Part shown: piece by piece, positions 1-9,785 of the stretch | Layout: each line of letters begins with the position of its first letter | Numbering within the stretch: the first letter of the stretch is position 1 | Assembly: GCA_965247245.1 (NCBI GenBank) | Contig: CBDFGV010000003.1 | Location: forward strand, 3,218,609 to 3,282,608 | DNA length: 64,000 bases | Origin: Hyphomicrobiaceae bacterium | GTDB lineage: Bacteria; Pseudomonadota; Alphaproteobacteria; Rhizobiales; Hyphomicrobiaceae | Reading direction: 5' to 3' | Notes under the pieces: generated by a model | The model's database searches: none | Told to the model about the DNA's origin: nothing | What the model saw: the letters and a program-made list of their open reading frames with translations, nothing else | Position numbers and translations under genes: made by a program

Positions 1-855
1 GCCGCAGAAACACTGGGTGTGACGGAATCCGCCATCAGTCATCAGGTCAAGCGCCTCGAGGAATACCTGCACGTCTCGTTGATCGATCGCTCAGGCTCTC
101 AGGCAAGATTAACTGAGACCGGCCAACGCTATTTGCAGCAAATCGAGCCGGCGCTGCTTCAGATCCAGGCCGCAACCGAGTCTCTGTTACCAACCTCAGG
201 GCGCAACGCGGTTCGCCTCACGCTACCACCATCGCTGGCCGCGAACTGGCTAATCCCCAAGATTGGTGGCTTTGAGCAGGCCCACACAAACATTGATCTT
301 CAGCTGGTCACATCGACCAGGGTTGCCGACCTGCGACGGGATCAAATTGATCTCGCAATCAGGCATGGTCGCGGGAAATGGCGGGGCCTCGAAGCCACGT
401 TCCTGCTCGAGGAAACGGCATCGCCCGTTTGCGCACCGGGTTACTTCAGCCAATCCGAGAACATCGCGACGCCCCAGAACCTCGACGGCGTCCGATTGAT
501 TGTGAATGCAAACTTCCCGGACGAGTGGGAGGAATGGGCGCGAGCACACGGCCTCGAACCGCCGTCTTTGAGCGACTCAATTATTCTTGATGTCCAGGAA
601 CAAGCCTTGCAACTGGCCGAAAACGGCTATGGGCTCGCCATGGGTCGTCGCCCGGTTGTTGACGACTGGCTCGCCAAGCAACGCGTCATCGCTCCATTCG
701 GCGGCGCCAACCCCACCGGAGCCGCTTATTACCTTTGCAAACCTTCCAATCAGTCCCTGACAGTTGCGGCCAGACGGGTCGAGCGATGGTTGATTGAAAT
801 GGCCGAGGACTGGGACAGGACATCCGCTGTCTCTCGCAGCCCGTTACTTGAATAA
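1..855 (+). CDS. LysR-family transcriptional regulator (5'-partial at window edge)
   Basis: Frame 1 is open from nt 1. The product begins AAETLGVTESAISHQVKRLEEYL (LysR HTH helix) and continues with a LysR substrate-binding-type C-terminal region. Stop at 855. Confidence 0.8.
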   Translation, partial: AAETLGVTESAISHQVKRLEEYLHVSLIDRSGSQARLTETGQRYLQQIEPALLQIQAATESLLPTSGRNAVRLTLPPSLAANWLIPKIGGFEQAHTNIDLQLVTSTRVADLRRDQIDLAIRHGRGKWRGLEATFLLEETASPVCAPGYFSQSENIATPQNLDGVRLIVNANFPDEWEEWARAHGLEPPSLSDSIILDVQEQALQLAENGYGLAMGRRPVVDDWLAKQRVIAPFGGANPTGAAYYLCKPSNQSLTVAARRVERWLIEMAEDWDRTSAVSRSPLLE

Positions 856-956
856 AATTCAAGTCAACATGAAGCAAAGTCGTTCGTCTTTTGCCATCAC
901 CTCCACCATCTTGGCATCAACAACGAAACACTCTCGCATCCTTGAGGAGTTTGATC

Positions 957-1790
957 ATGCAAGACGTAGCGATGCCGACCGAAGTCACCGCCTCCGTGGA
1001 ATTCATTATCCCACAGGAAGAAAAGCCCCAGTTTCTAAGCTCAGCCATGACCGGCGACGTACCAAAGGTGATGTTTGAGACGGTCGAGCTGCCGGTGAAG
1101 ATCGCCAACCTGCGCCTCAGGCAGGAGGCCGCGAACATCGATCGCGAAGGCTTCGAATTGATGACGATCAAGACGTCAGTTGAGGATCTTCACGACGACA
1201 AGGCGGTGAAAGAGCAGTACTACCCGGAAATAGTGGAGTTGCTGAAGGAGCGCTTCGGCGCCAGCCGTGTCGAGATATTTGACGCGACGCGCCGGTCTGA
1301 TTCCAGCCAGGGTGCAGCAAACCCGGATGGGTTGCGCGGCCCGGCGCGCCGTGTCCACGTTGACTATACGGAAGCTAGCGGTCCGCAACGCCTGCGGGAC
1401 GTACTGGGCGACGAAGAAGCTGAACGCCTCCTCAAGTCCGATGCACGCGTGCTCCAAGTCAACGTATGGCGCCCAATCAAAGGGCCGGTTCAGCGCGCTC
1501 CACTCGCCCTGGCAGACGCCTCATCAGTCCCAGCTGCTGATTTGATTGCAACTGACCAGGTATTCCCAGACCGTGTCGGTGAAATCTACCACCTCGCCCA
1601 TTCCGAGGACCACAAGTGGTACTTTGCGCCCGAAATGACCACCGACGAAGTCTTCCTGATCAAGGGCTGGGATACGGACGACAGTCAGGCGAAGTACACG
1701 CCGCATGGCGCATTCGATGATCCCAACACTGCGCCGGATGCTCCGCCTCGCGAAAGTATCGAAATCCGCACGATGGTCATCGTCGAATAG
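957..1790 (+). CDS. Hypothetical protein, possibly CmcJ/NvfI-like (2OG-Fe oxygenase-like) family
   Basis: ORF 891..1790 begins with TTG. First in-frame ATG at 957 is preceded by GAGGAG at -8. Product has HVD...HLAHSEDHKWYF motifs reminiscent of an HxD...H facial triad. Family assignment is tentative. Confidence 0.5.
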   Translation: MQDVAMPTEVTASVEFIIPQEEKPQFLSSAMTGDVPKVMFETVELPVKIANLRLRQEAANIDREGFELMTIKTSVEDLHDDKAVKEQYYPEIVELLKERFGASRVEIFDATRRSDSSQGAANPDGLRGPARRVHVDYTEASGPQRLRDVLGDEEAERLLKSDARVLQVNVWRPIKGPVQRAPLALADASSVPAADLIATDQVFPDRVGEIYHLAHSEDHKWYFAPEMTTDEVFLIKGWDTDDSQAKYTPHGAFDDPNTAPDAPPRESIEIRTMVIVE

Positions 1791-1836
1791 CAACGACCGA
1801 ACGGCCACCCTTCATCAGCACTTCCTTCACTGACCT

Positions 1837-1863
1837 GCCCGGGATTTTCCCGGGCTTTTTCTT
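1837..1863 (+). terminator. Rho-independent terminator (GCCCGGG-ATTTT-CCCGGGC followed by TTTTTCTTT)
   Basis: Perfect 7-bp GC stem, 5-nt loop and a T-run directly downstream of the stop at 1790. Confidence 0.5.
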
Positions 1864-1886
1864 TGTCCGAACGCGAGCGCGCGCGG

Positions 1887-3779
1887 TTAAGCCAACCCGC
1901 GAGCAACAAGACGGTTCACACGCTTTGCGAACGCCGCTGGGTCTGTTGGTACCTCGCCATCCAGGATCTGCGCCTGCTCGAAAAGCAGATGCGCGAGATC
2001 CTTGACATCCTCGTCGGCAGCATTGGCCTTGGAGTTAGCTATCGCGCGAACGAGGGGATGCTTGAGGTTAAGCTCCAGGATTGGCTTTGCGCCCGCATTG
2101 TTCCCTGTCTGGGCTAGGATCCTCTCCAGCTTGCGATCGGGCCCCGCCGCCTCTGCCACGAGACATGACGGGCTATCAGTCAAGCGCTGCGAAGCCTGGA
2201 CATCTGAGACAATGTCTTCCAGTTCGCTGCGAACCGCCGCGATCACGACAGCATCATCAATCGATGTCTCTTCACTCGGGCTGTCCGCCTCGTCAGCGTC
2301 GTCGAGTTTGGGCACCAAATCGAAATTGATGTCACCCTGACTAAGCGACTTCAGCGGTTTGCCCTCAAACTCAAGCGGCATGGACGTCCAGAACGCATCG
2401 ACATGATCCGTCAGCAGGAGCACCTCTATGCCTCGAGCCTGCATCGCTTCGAGCTTCGGACTGGCCTTGAGCTGACTGACACTGTCGCCGACCAGATAGT
2501 AGATCTCAGTTTGATTGGGTCTCAGATCCTCGACGTATTGCTTGAGTGAACGCAGATCCTCACCTGCCGTGGATTGGAAGCGCGAAACCTGTAGGAGCCG
2601 CTCACGACGCTCCATGTCCTCGTAGATGCCTTCTTTGATAACGGCACCAAAGGAGTTCCATACTTTCTCAAAGCTCTCCTTGTCATTTTCAGCGAGCTTT
2701 TCGATTTCGCTTAAGACGCGTCCGGTCACGGCATTTCGGATCAGGCCGACATGGGGATTGTTCTGCAGCATCTCCCGCGAGATGTTCAACGGCAGATCTT
2801 CACTGTCGATGACGCCACGTACAAAGCGCAAATAAGGCGGCAGGAGATCAGCCTCATCGCTGATATAGACACGCCTGACATAAAGTTTTACGCGGCCCTT
2901 CCTCGCTTGATCAAACAGATCAAAAGGCGGTTGCGAGGGCACGAAAAGCATGACCGCGTAGGATTGGCGACCTTCAGCCTTGTAGTGGAGAGTAACAGCC
3001 GGCTCATCGAATGCGTTGGCAAGCGTCATATAAGCTTGTTTGTAGTCATCTTCGCTGACTTCGCTTTTTGACCGCTGCCACAATGCACTCGCCGAATTGA
3101 TCTGCTTGAACTCTCCACTATCGTCCGCCAGCTCAATCGGAAACAGTATGTGGTCAGAGTATATTCTGACTATTCGCTCGATGACGTGCGATTGTAGATA
3201 CTCCTTGGCATCATCTTTCAGTCGAAGCCGAATCTCGGTGCCACGCCGAACGCGTTCCTTTTGTTCAGCGTTTGCCTCATTGATCTCATAACCTGTGGTG
3301 CCGCTAGATTTCCAAACCCAGGTCTCGTCAGTGCCCGCTCTTCGACTGATGACCTCGATCTCTTCAGCCACCATAAACGCCGAATAAAAGCCGACGCCAA
3401 ATTGTCCGATCAGAGCCGAGCCTTCCTGAGCACTCTTGATTTGGCTAAAGAACTGCTTTGTACCGGACCGCGCTATCGTCCCTAGGTTTTCCGACAGCTC
3501 TTCCTTACTCATTCCGACCCCAGAATCGGAAATCGTCAGAGTATCACTGTCGCTGTCAGCAGAAATACGGATCAGAAGAGATCCTTCGGAATCCAGCAAT
3601 TCAGGGGTTTCAATCGCGCTATAACGCAATTTATCGCAAGCATCAGAGGCGTTCGAAATGAGTTCCCTTAGAAAGATCTCCCTTTCGGAGTACACCGAGT
3701 GCACCATAAGCTGGAGTAGCTCGGCAACTTCCGCCTGAAACGGTTGGCTTGCCCCATCTGGCTGGGTTTCCTGATTCAT
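1887..3779 (-). CDS. htpG: Molecular chaperone HtpG (Hsp90)
   Basis: Product contains [15 protein letters not shown] and the other conserved Hsp90 blocks (GHKL ATPase N-domain, middle and C-terminal domains). ORF 1887..3803 starts with an alternative codon. ATG for MNQETQ... at 3779 is preceded by GAAGGG. Confidence 0.93.
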   Translation of the reverse strand: MNQETQPDGASQPFQAEVAELLQLMVHSVYSEREIFLRELISNASDACDKLRYSAIETPELLDSEGSLLIRISADSDSDTLTISDSGVGMSKEELSENLGTIARSGTKQFFSQIKSAQEGSALIGQFGVGFYSAFMVAEEIEVISRRAGTDETWVWKSSGTTGYEINEANAEQKERVRRGTEIRLRLKDDAKEYLQSHVIERIVRIYSDHILFPIELADDSGEFKQINSASALWQRSKSEVSEDDYKQAYMTLANAFDEPAVTLHYKAEGRQSYAVMLFVPSQPPFDLFDQARKGRVKLYVRRVYISDEADLLPPYLRFVRGVIDSEDLPLNISREMLQNNPHVGLIRNAVTGRVLSEIEKLAENDKESFEKVWNSFGAVIKEGIYEDMERRERLLQVSRFQSTAGEDLRSLKQYVEDLRPNQTEIYYLVGDSVSQLKASPKLEAMQARGIEVLLLTDHVDAFWTSMPLEFEGKPLKSLSQGDINFDLVPKLDDADEADSPSEETSIDDAVVIAAVRSELEDIVSDVQASQRLTDSPSCLVAEAAGPDRKLERILAQTGNNAGAKPILELNLKHPLVRAIANSKANAADEDVKDLAHLLFEQAQILDGEVPTDPAAFAKRVNRLVARGLA

Positions 3780-3803
3780 TTTCCGCCCTTCAACGACACA
3801 CAA

Positions 3804-4489
3804 TCCAGGTAGGATATTTGCGGCTTCGCGCCCAACGTCAAGTCTGCGCAGATTTTGATCCGGACGGAACGTGACGAAAAATGCGCCTCCAGACCCTCAG
3901 CCCAACTGCTCATGATTATCTGAACGATAGGAGCCGCCGACATGCATCAGAACCAATTTTGCGGGCTGCGGTGATCGAGAAACTCACAAATTGGGAATCA
4001 TTTGTCGCAGCATCTAACGCACTTAACAACGCCAATTCAAAAATAGTAATTGGCTGATTGCGCAATGACTGTCTGGTATCGATTTGAAAATTCACCCTGG
4101 AATATTGCCAGTTCCATTTTTCAATTATGCGTTTAGCGCAAGTTTTCTCCAAAATCACTTTAGCAAGTCGCTGCTTCCTACTGGTAGTTTGGAACGTCAC
4201 TGATTTATCTACAATCACAGACGATCATCATTGCCTGCATCGCATCTATTCCATCATCCCATAACCAGTCGACCAGCGGGTTATCGAAACCTACATTTCA
4301 GGCTAGTTTGCCCTGACCCATCGAGAATCCGGTTCATCTTTGTCGTTTCGGGAAAATTAGAATCCACGACTTGCAGCACAATTAACTAGTGCGCATTTTT
4401 ATTCAAAATGGCATTGTCATTTGGGGTCTCAGTTGTGCATAAAGTAAATTCATCTGGAAGGCACAAGTTTCGTAAAGGAGTGGAATAAA
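3804..4489. promoter_or_regulatory. AT-rich (~55% AT) non-coding region upstream of the H-NS-family gene; promoter/regulatory region of hns and htpG
   Basis: A 686-nt gene-poor stretch markedly more AT-rich than the flanks. It contains A/T tracts and a strong RBS (AAGGAG) at 4474-4479. Confidence 0.3.
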
Positions 4490-4810
4490 ATGGCAGCACC
4501 TAACATCGATAAGCTTTCGTACCGCGAGTTGCTTGACTTGGAGAGCAAGATTGCAATTGCAATCGAAACCAAGCGACAAGCGGAAAAAGCAAACCTCAAG
4601 CTGAAGATGGCAGAGATGGCCGCTGACTCTGGTTTCAACCTTGATGAGCTCATGGGCGCGAGCAAAGGCGGACGCAAAGGCGGCAAGGTCGCGCCGAAGT
4701 ACCGGCATCCACAAAACCCAGCGATGACTTGGACCGGCCGCGGACGTCAGCCATTGTGGCTCGTCGCAGAGTTGAAGAAGGGCAAAAAACTCGACAGCTT
4801 TGCCATCTAG
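4490..4810 (+). CDS. H-NS-family nucleoid-associated DNA-binding protein
   Basis: 106-aa product with an N-terminal coiled-coil-like region and a C-terminal TWTGRGRQPLW motif (H-NS DNA-binding signature). Strong RBS AAGGAGTGG upstream. Confidence 0.8.
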   Translation: MAAPNIDKLSYRELLDLESKIAIAIETKRQAEKANLKLKMAEMAADSGFNLDELMGASKGGRKGGKVAPKYRHPQNPAMTWTGRGRQPLWLVAELKKGKKLDSFAI

Positions 4811-4830
4811 ACCATCCGCATGTGTTAAGT

Positions 4831-4852
4831 GCCCTGCCTTGCAGGGCCTTTA
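4831..4852 (+). terminator. Candidate intrinsic terminator after the hns-like gene (GCCCTGC-CTT-GCAGGGC followed by CTTTAC)
   Basis: 7-bp inverted repeat 20 nt after the stop. The T-run is weak. Confidence 0.3.
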
Positions 4853-5075
4853 CACAGGCTGGTCAGATTCTCATTTCCTCATATAGTAGATTGCTATTTT
4901 TTTTAAATCACGAGTTGAACTCTTCAGAAGCATGCGACGTTATTGAATCCCGCCGCTCCTATCCGCTTCCTACAAATGCGATTGTCTGTTGTCACAAGAG
5001 CTTTCGTGACTAGCGACGTTGCCGCTTCTGATGTTCCTGAATTTGCCCAGGCTGATTGTCTCTAAATGTGCATAA

Positions 5076-5864
5076 TTAATCTGCTGGGGGCTCAAAACGT
5101 TGCCCAGGCGCATTGTCTTCAAGAAATACAGCGAGATCAGATGTCATATGATGAACGTGCTCTGGCGGTGCAGACCACGATCTGACCTTCTCAGCAACTG
5201 GGTGCTTGACCGTTTCGGAGTAAACCAGAACCGTCTTCATCCCCAAGGCATGCGGAACCAAAAGGTTGTGCGGCATGTCTTCAAACATAGCTGCCTCAGT
5301 CGCTTTCACGCCGTGCTTATTGAGAAACAGATCATAGGCGTCGTCTTTTTCTTTGGGATGAAAGTTTGCATCGACGATATCCATAATATCTTCGAATAAA
5401 TGCAGAATACCCAATTTCCCAGCGACATTTTCCGCATGTTTGCGTGATCCTGCCGTAAAGATCAGCTTTCGGCCTGGCAGTGCATTTATGGCTTCACCGA
5501 GCCGCGGGTTCTCCGGGACGTTGGCAAGATCCAAATCATGCACGTAATCGAGAAACGCAGATGGCTCCATCTTATGGACCTGCATCATGCCCGCCAGCGT
5601 GGTGCCAAACTGACGGTAGTAATTCTTCTGCAGATGGCGCGCATAAGCGTGCGGCACACCAAGATACTTCGCAATAAACTCCTGCATCTTGACGTCCATC
5701 TGAGCGAACAAGTTCGACTCAGCGGGATACAGCGTATTGTCTAAGTCGAATATCCAGGTCTTGGTATCTTCGAATTTGCTTGTTCTATTGTTTGTCGAGT
5801 TTTCCAAGCCAATCAGAATCGGATCATCCACGTGAAGCGCCTCTAAGCAATGTTCCAGCACCAT
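5076..5864 (-). CDS. Pyrimidine 5'-nucleotidase, HAD superfamily (subfamily IA)
   Basis: IFDLDNTLY (HAD motif I) lies near the N-terminus and the fold is HAD-like. ATG at 5864 overlaps the argB stop by 41 nt. An in-frame TTG at 5807 or GTG would remove the overlap. Confidence 0.75.
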   Translation of the reverse strand: MVLEHCLEALHVDDPILIGLENSTNNRTSKFEDTKTWIFDLDNTLYPAESNLFAQMDVKMQEFIAKYLGVPHAYARHLQKNYYRQFGTTLAGMMQVHKMEPSAFLDYVHDLDLANVPENPRLGEAINALPGRKLIFTAGSRKHAENVAGKLGILHLFEDIMDIVDANFHPKEKDDAYDLFLNKHGVKATEAAMFEDMPHNLLVPHALGMKTVLVYSETVKHPVAEKVRSWSAPPEHVHHMTSDLAVFLEDNAPGQRFEPPAD

Positions 5865-6759
5865 GTTCCGTTAGCAATTCCAATAGCACACAATGCGGCA
5901 CGGTTCCGTTGATTATGACGACCGCTTCCACTCCTCCGTTGACGACATCAATACAGCTTTCAATTTTCGGGATCATTCCGCCGGTAATCGTACCATCCCG
6001 CATCAGGCTTTGAGCCTGCTCGAGCGTCAATTCTTGGATCAGCTTTCCCTGCTTATCCAGAACGCCCTCAACATCCGTGAGAAGGAGTAAGCGCTTGGCT
6101 TTGGTTGCAGTCGCAATCGCCGATGCGAAGGTATCCGCGTTGATGTTGAGCGTTTCCCCTGCCTCCGTCACACCCACTGGTGCAATAACAGGTATAAGCT
6201 CAGAGTTTGAGATAACATCCAGAATTTGCGTGTTGACCTTATCAGGTTCACCGACATAACCGATGTCGACCTGCTTCATGATGTTCGATTCAGGATCCGG
6301 GATCTCGGTTATCTTCTTTGCAAAAACTAAGTTCGCATCCTTGCCACAAATTCCGATCGCCTTGCCGCCTTGGCCGTTGATCGCCGATACAATCTCTTTG
6401 TTGATCGCCCCCGCAAGCACCATCTCGACAACTTCGACAGTGGGCTTGTCCGTTACCCTCAAGCCCTGCACAAAGTCGGATTCAATCTGAAGCTTCTTGA
6501 GCATCGAAGCGATTTGCGGACCACCGCCGTGAACAACGATCGGATTAACGCCGGATTGTTTCAGATAGACGATATCCTGGGCAAATGCCTGCGCCAGCTT
6601 TTGATCCCCCATCGCATGACCGCCAAACTTCACGACGACCGTTTGTTCGTCGTGCTGCAGCATGTTTGGGAGAGCTTCCGCCAAAATGCGGGCTTTCAAA
6701 TGCGCGGTGACGTCTCGTTCACCCTCCGATGGCATGGTGTTTGAGTCGTTTTTTGCCAT
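5824..6759 (-). CDS. argB: Acetylglutamate kinase
   Basis: VVKFGGHAM and VVHGGGPQI motifs of the amino-acid kinase family. ORF extends to 6861. Typical ArgB length and a GAAGG element upstream support the ATG at 6759 (MAKNDSN...). An alternative start lies at 6735. Confidence 0.9.
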   Translation of the reverse strand: MAKNDSNTMPSEGERDVTAHLKARILAEALPNMLQHDEQTVVVKFGGHAMGDQKLAQAFAQDIVYLKQSGVNPIVVHGGGPQIASMLKKLQIESDFVQGLRVTDKPTVEVVEMVLAGAINKEIVSAINGQGGKAIGICGKDANLVFAKKITEIPDPESNIMKQVDIGYVGEPDKVNTQILDVISNSELIPVIAPVGVTEAGETLNINADTFASAIATATKAKRLLLLTDVEGVLDKQGKLIQELTLEQAQSLMRDGTITGGMIPKIESCIDVVNGGVEAVVIINGTVPHCVLLELLTEHGAGTLLRGASRG

Positions 6760-7132
6760 GATTGCCAGACCTTCTGCGATAGCAATTCGAGGCTTGTGGC
6801 CAGTTTGGCCAAGTATTGCCTCAATGCGAACTGCTAAAGGGTGTTTCAGAAATGGTTCCATGTCACCAGAGCTGGCGCTTCAAAAGTGTTTTGGCTCTGA
6901 TCACGGTAACCGCGAGGCGACTAGGGGAGTTATGCCAGGAACGAAGAAAGGGCAACGGATTTCGCTCACATTTGGCTGTTAGGCCGCCATGCAAGGCGAA
7001 CTGCAGTGTGCTAATTCTAAAGGTTTGAGACCAAATCGCTAGCAGCACGGACGTGCAGTCGCAGAGTTGCGGGTTAGCAGATGCTATTTGCCTTGAACCC
7101 AGGTAGAGTGGTGCTGTTTAGAGGGATCGTGA

Positions 7133-9061
7133 ATGTCGCAAGCTGCTCAGGGATCGGACAATCGTGTGGAGATGTCGCAGAATCTGCGTGTGACGCTTCA
7201 GCGAGCCGGCACCTATGCGACTGAGCAATCGCATCGTTTCGTGACAATCGAGCATGTCTTGCTCGCTCTGAACGAAGATCCGGAAGCTGAGCTTATGCTG
7301 CAGGCTTGCGAAATCGATCAGGGCAGGCTGCATTCCGATGTCTCCAATTATCTAGGCCGGCTCGAAGACCGCCTGTCACCCGGTGAAGCCGCCCAGCCTG
7401 TTCTCGACACAGAAGCTGCACGAATTGTGAACTCGGCCGTGATTGCCGCTCAAAAGAGCCGTAGGTCTGAAGTCAATGGCGCGATTGTTTTGGCAGCCAT
7501 TATTGGCGATGGCCAAACTCCTGCCGCTCAGATGCTGCTCGCACAAGGCCTCAACTTCAAGGCAGCGATCGAGGCACTCCAAACCGCGAAGTCCACGCCA
7601 CCTGCATCGCCACCACTACCGCACACACAGACCGATGTCGCTGCCCAGGAAGACAGCCCTGCCCGCGCACCCATTACGGCTGCCAATGATGACACAAGGC
7701 ATCCTCCCGCCTCAACGGCAGAAGACGCTCTTGCCCAAGCCAGAGAGCGGATTAGGGCGACACAGGAAGCGGTTCGAAGCAACCTGCCGCTGAAGCCAAG
7801 CAAAATGCGCCCGATCGCCAACGGTAGTGATGCAACTGGAGGCACCGCGCCGGAGCCCGCACCGGCCCCTCAACCCGAACCGAATTCACCTCAGCCTTTG
7901 CAAACCGAGGATTCTCTTGCCCGCTTCGAGCGTAGGGCTCCTCCGCAAAGCCAGACTGCAGGTGACGAGACATCACCACCAAGACCTCCTGCCAGCCAAT
8001 CAGAGGCTGCGGACCGCACGGGTAGCAGCCCAGCTTTGCCGCCGCAGGTGCCGGAAACCAATCGGCCACCGCCAGAACCTGTTTTAGACGCCCTGGAGGA
8101 GATTACCGAGCCGCCTGCTCCGGCTCCACCGCCGGTACCAGCATCCGCACCGCCGGCAGCCCGCCCTGGCAATCCTGAGAACCCACTTCCTAGTCGGCTA
8201 CGGCGTCCCGACCCGCAGCAGTTCGAGCAGCAGCGTCCGCCACATGCGCAGCCGCCTCAACACCAGCCAGTGCCCGGTGCTCCTCCTCAGCCTGGTCCGA
8301 CAAGCGCAGAAGGCATTCGAAGACCGCCGCCGCCTTCCGAACAACCACCCGCATATCGCCCGCCGCCGCAGTACAATCCGCAAGTGCCGCCACGGCCGTA
8401 CCCCACTACGCCGCCTGGTGGGCCACCACCACCTGCCGACAGACGCGCCTCCGAAAGAGCAACACAACCACCACCTAGCAATTTGCCGGTCCCGGTCGAA
8501 CCGCCAGCGACGCAACAGTCAGGCGCGCCGATCCATCCCGGTCAACTGGTCGAGAATATTCCGCGACGCATGACAAAGGGCGTCGCCCAAATTGTCGAAG
8601 TGCGTGTTGCACGTGCAGAACTATCCAATCTTGCTGACGGCATGCAGGGTCAGGGCCTCGCACAGCGCCATGAGCTGGTCATTACGCAGGCGATGTCACT
8701 GCGATTGCGGGCGCCCAACGGAGGTTTCTTTATTGAAACGTCCTCACCTGAAACCCAATGGATTGAGAACAAGCTAGGACTGCTCAGCGACGACTTCGCC
8801 AGTTGGCGTTGGACTGTCACGCCGCAACGTACAGGCCGTGAAAGCCTCCAGCTGATTGTTGCTGCAAGAACAGTTGGTGGCGACGGTCTCATGGCCGAGA
8901 CGGCTTTGCCGGACCAGGTGTTCGAGGTGCGTATTTCGACCAACTACAAGAGTTTGGCTCTGAGGTGGACCGGCTGGGCTGCTGCAGCAGTGATTGGCGG
9001 CCTGTTCGCAAAGTTCGGCGAACAAATCCTGACTCTTGGACGAGCTTTCCTGAATACCTAG
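7133..9061 (+). CDS. Clp N-terminal (double Clp_N repeat) domain protein with long proline-rich linker and C-terminal hydrophobic anchor
   Basis: Residues ~15-150 match the ClpA/ClpB N-domain repeats (FVTIEHVLLALNEDPEAE ... IVLAAIIGDGQTPAAQMLL). About 300 aa of P/Q/A-rich low complexity follow. Then comes a ~170-aa C-terminal domain ending in WTGWAAAAVIGGLFAKFG. Embedded antisense ORFs are GC-rich artefacts. Confidence 0.7.
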   Translation: MSQAAQGSDNRVEMSQNLRVTLQRAGTYATEQSHRFVTIEHVLLALNEDPEAELMLQACEIDQGRLHSDVSNYLGRLEDRLSPGEAAQPVLDTEAARIVNSAVIAAQKSRRSEVNGAIVLAAIIGDGQTPAAQMLLAQGLNFKAAIEALQTAKSTPPASPPLPHTQTDVAAQEDSPARAPITAANDDTRHPPASTAEDALAQARERIRATQEAVRSNLPLKPSKMRPIANGSDATGGTAPEPAPAPQPEPNSPQPLQTEDSLARFERRAPPQSQTAGDETSPPRPPASQSEAADRTGSSPALPPQVPETNRPPPEPVLDALEEITEPPAPAPPPVPASAPPAARPGNPENPLPSRLRRPDPQQFEQQRPPHAQPPQHQPVPGAPPQPGPTSAEGIRRPPPPSEQPPAYRPPPQYNPQVPPRPYPTTPPGGPPPPADRRASERATQPPPSNLPVPVEPPATQQSGAPIHPGQLVENIPRRMTKGVAQIVEVRVARAELSNLADGMQGQGLAQRHELVITQAMSLRLRAPNGGFFIETSSPETQWIENKLGLLSDDFASWRWTVTPQRTGRESLQLIVAARTVGGDGLMAETALPDQVFEVRISTNYKSLALRWTGWAAAAVIGGLFAKFGEQILTLGRAFLNT

Positions 9062-9103
9062 GACCTAGGTCACTCGGCCCTGCAGCTCCTCACGAGCGGC
9101 CTT

Positions 9104-9754
9104 TTACTGCGAGACGACTTCGAGGATGCTGGCGCGCAACTCCGAAAGCCCAACACGCTTTTCGGAGGAGGTCGCAAGCACCAATGGAAACGCAGCAGCG
9201 TGGGCGGAAATCGTATCCGTCGTCTCCCGCGTGACCTTTTCAGCCTGCCCAAGCTTGAGCTTATCGATCTTGGTCAAGACGATCTGATATGTAACGGCAG
9301 CCTCATCGAGAAGCGTAAAGATCTCTCGGTCTATGGGCTTCAGTCCATGCCTTGCATCAACCAGAACAAAGACACGCCGCAGCGTTGTACGCCCACGCAG
9401 ATAATCCTTGATGAGGCTTGTCCAGGCGTCGACTTTGGATTTCGGCGCCTTTGCAAAGCCGTACCCGGGCATGTCGACAAAATAGAAATCACCGGAACCG
9501 ACCGTAAAGAAATTCAATTCCTGGGTGCGGCCCGGGGTGTTTGATGTGCGAGCCAAGCTCCGGCGATTGGCAATCGCGTTGATGAGACTTGATTTGCCGA
9601 CATTGGAGCGCCCTGCGAATGCAATTTCGGGGCGATCCGCGGCGGTTAGAAAGTCGAGACTTGGAATCCCACGAATGAACTCCCACGGCTGCGCGAAGTA
9701 TCGGTCAGCTTCGGCAAGCTCCTGCGCGGAAAATCTGTCTTCAACTGTCCCCAT
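9104..9754 (-). CDS. engB: Ribosome-biogenesis GTPase EngB/YihA
   Basis: [19 protein letters not shown]-loop and DxPGYG and NKxD motifs. Conserved position downstream of yidC. Confidence 0.9.
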   Translation of the reverse strand: MGTVEDRFSAQELAEADRYFAQPWEFIRGIPSLDFLTAADRPEIAFAGRSNVGKSSLINAIANRRSLARTSNTPGRTQELNFFTVGSGDFYFVDMPGYGFAKAPKSKVDAWTSLIKDYLRGRTTLRRVFVLVDARHGLKPIDREIFTLLDEAAVTYQIVLTKIDKLKLGQAEKVTRETTDTISAHAAAFPLVLATSSEKRVGLSELRASILEVVSQ

Positions 9755-9785
9755 AAGACTCAGGCGGCGCGGCGCACCGCGTCAC

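Noticed and set aside
3916-4218. 100-aa minus-strand ORF in the AT-rich region upstream of hns
   Set aside because: No RBS and no recognisable domain. The AT-rich context gives skewed codon usage, so it is more likely non-coding regulatory DNA.
6863-7048. 61-aa minus-strand ORF upstream of argB
   Set aside because: It is short, has no RBS or homology, and lies in the divergent promoter region between argB and the Clp_N gene.
7376-8943. Many ORFs of 60-115 aa on both strands inside the proline-rich region of the Clp_N protein (e.g. 7528..7845-, 7752..8069-, 8198..8515-, 8244..8573+)
   Set aside because: They are GC-rich, low-complexity frame artefacts of a (CCG/CCA)n-type coding region. They have no RBS and their composition mirrors the P-rich frame.
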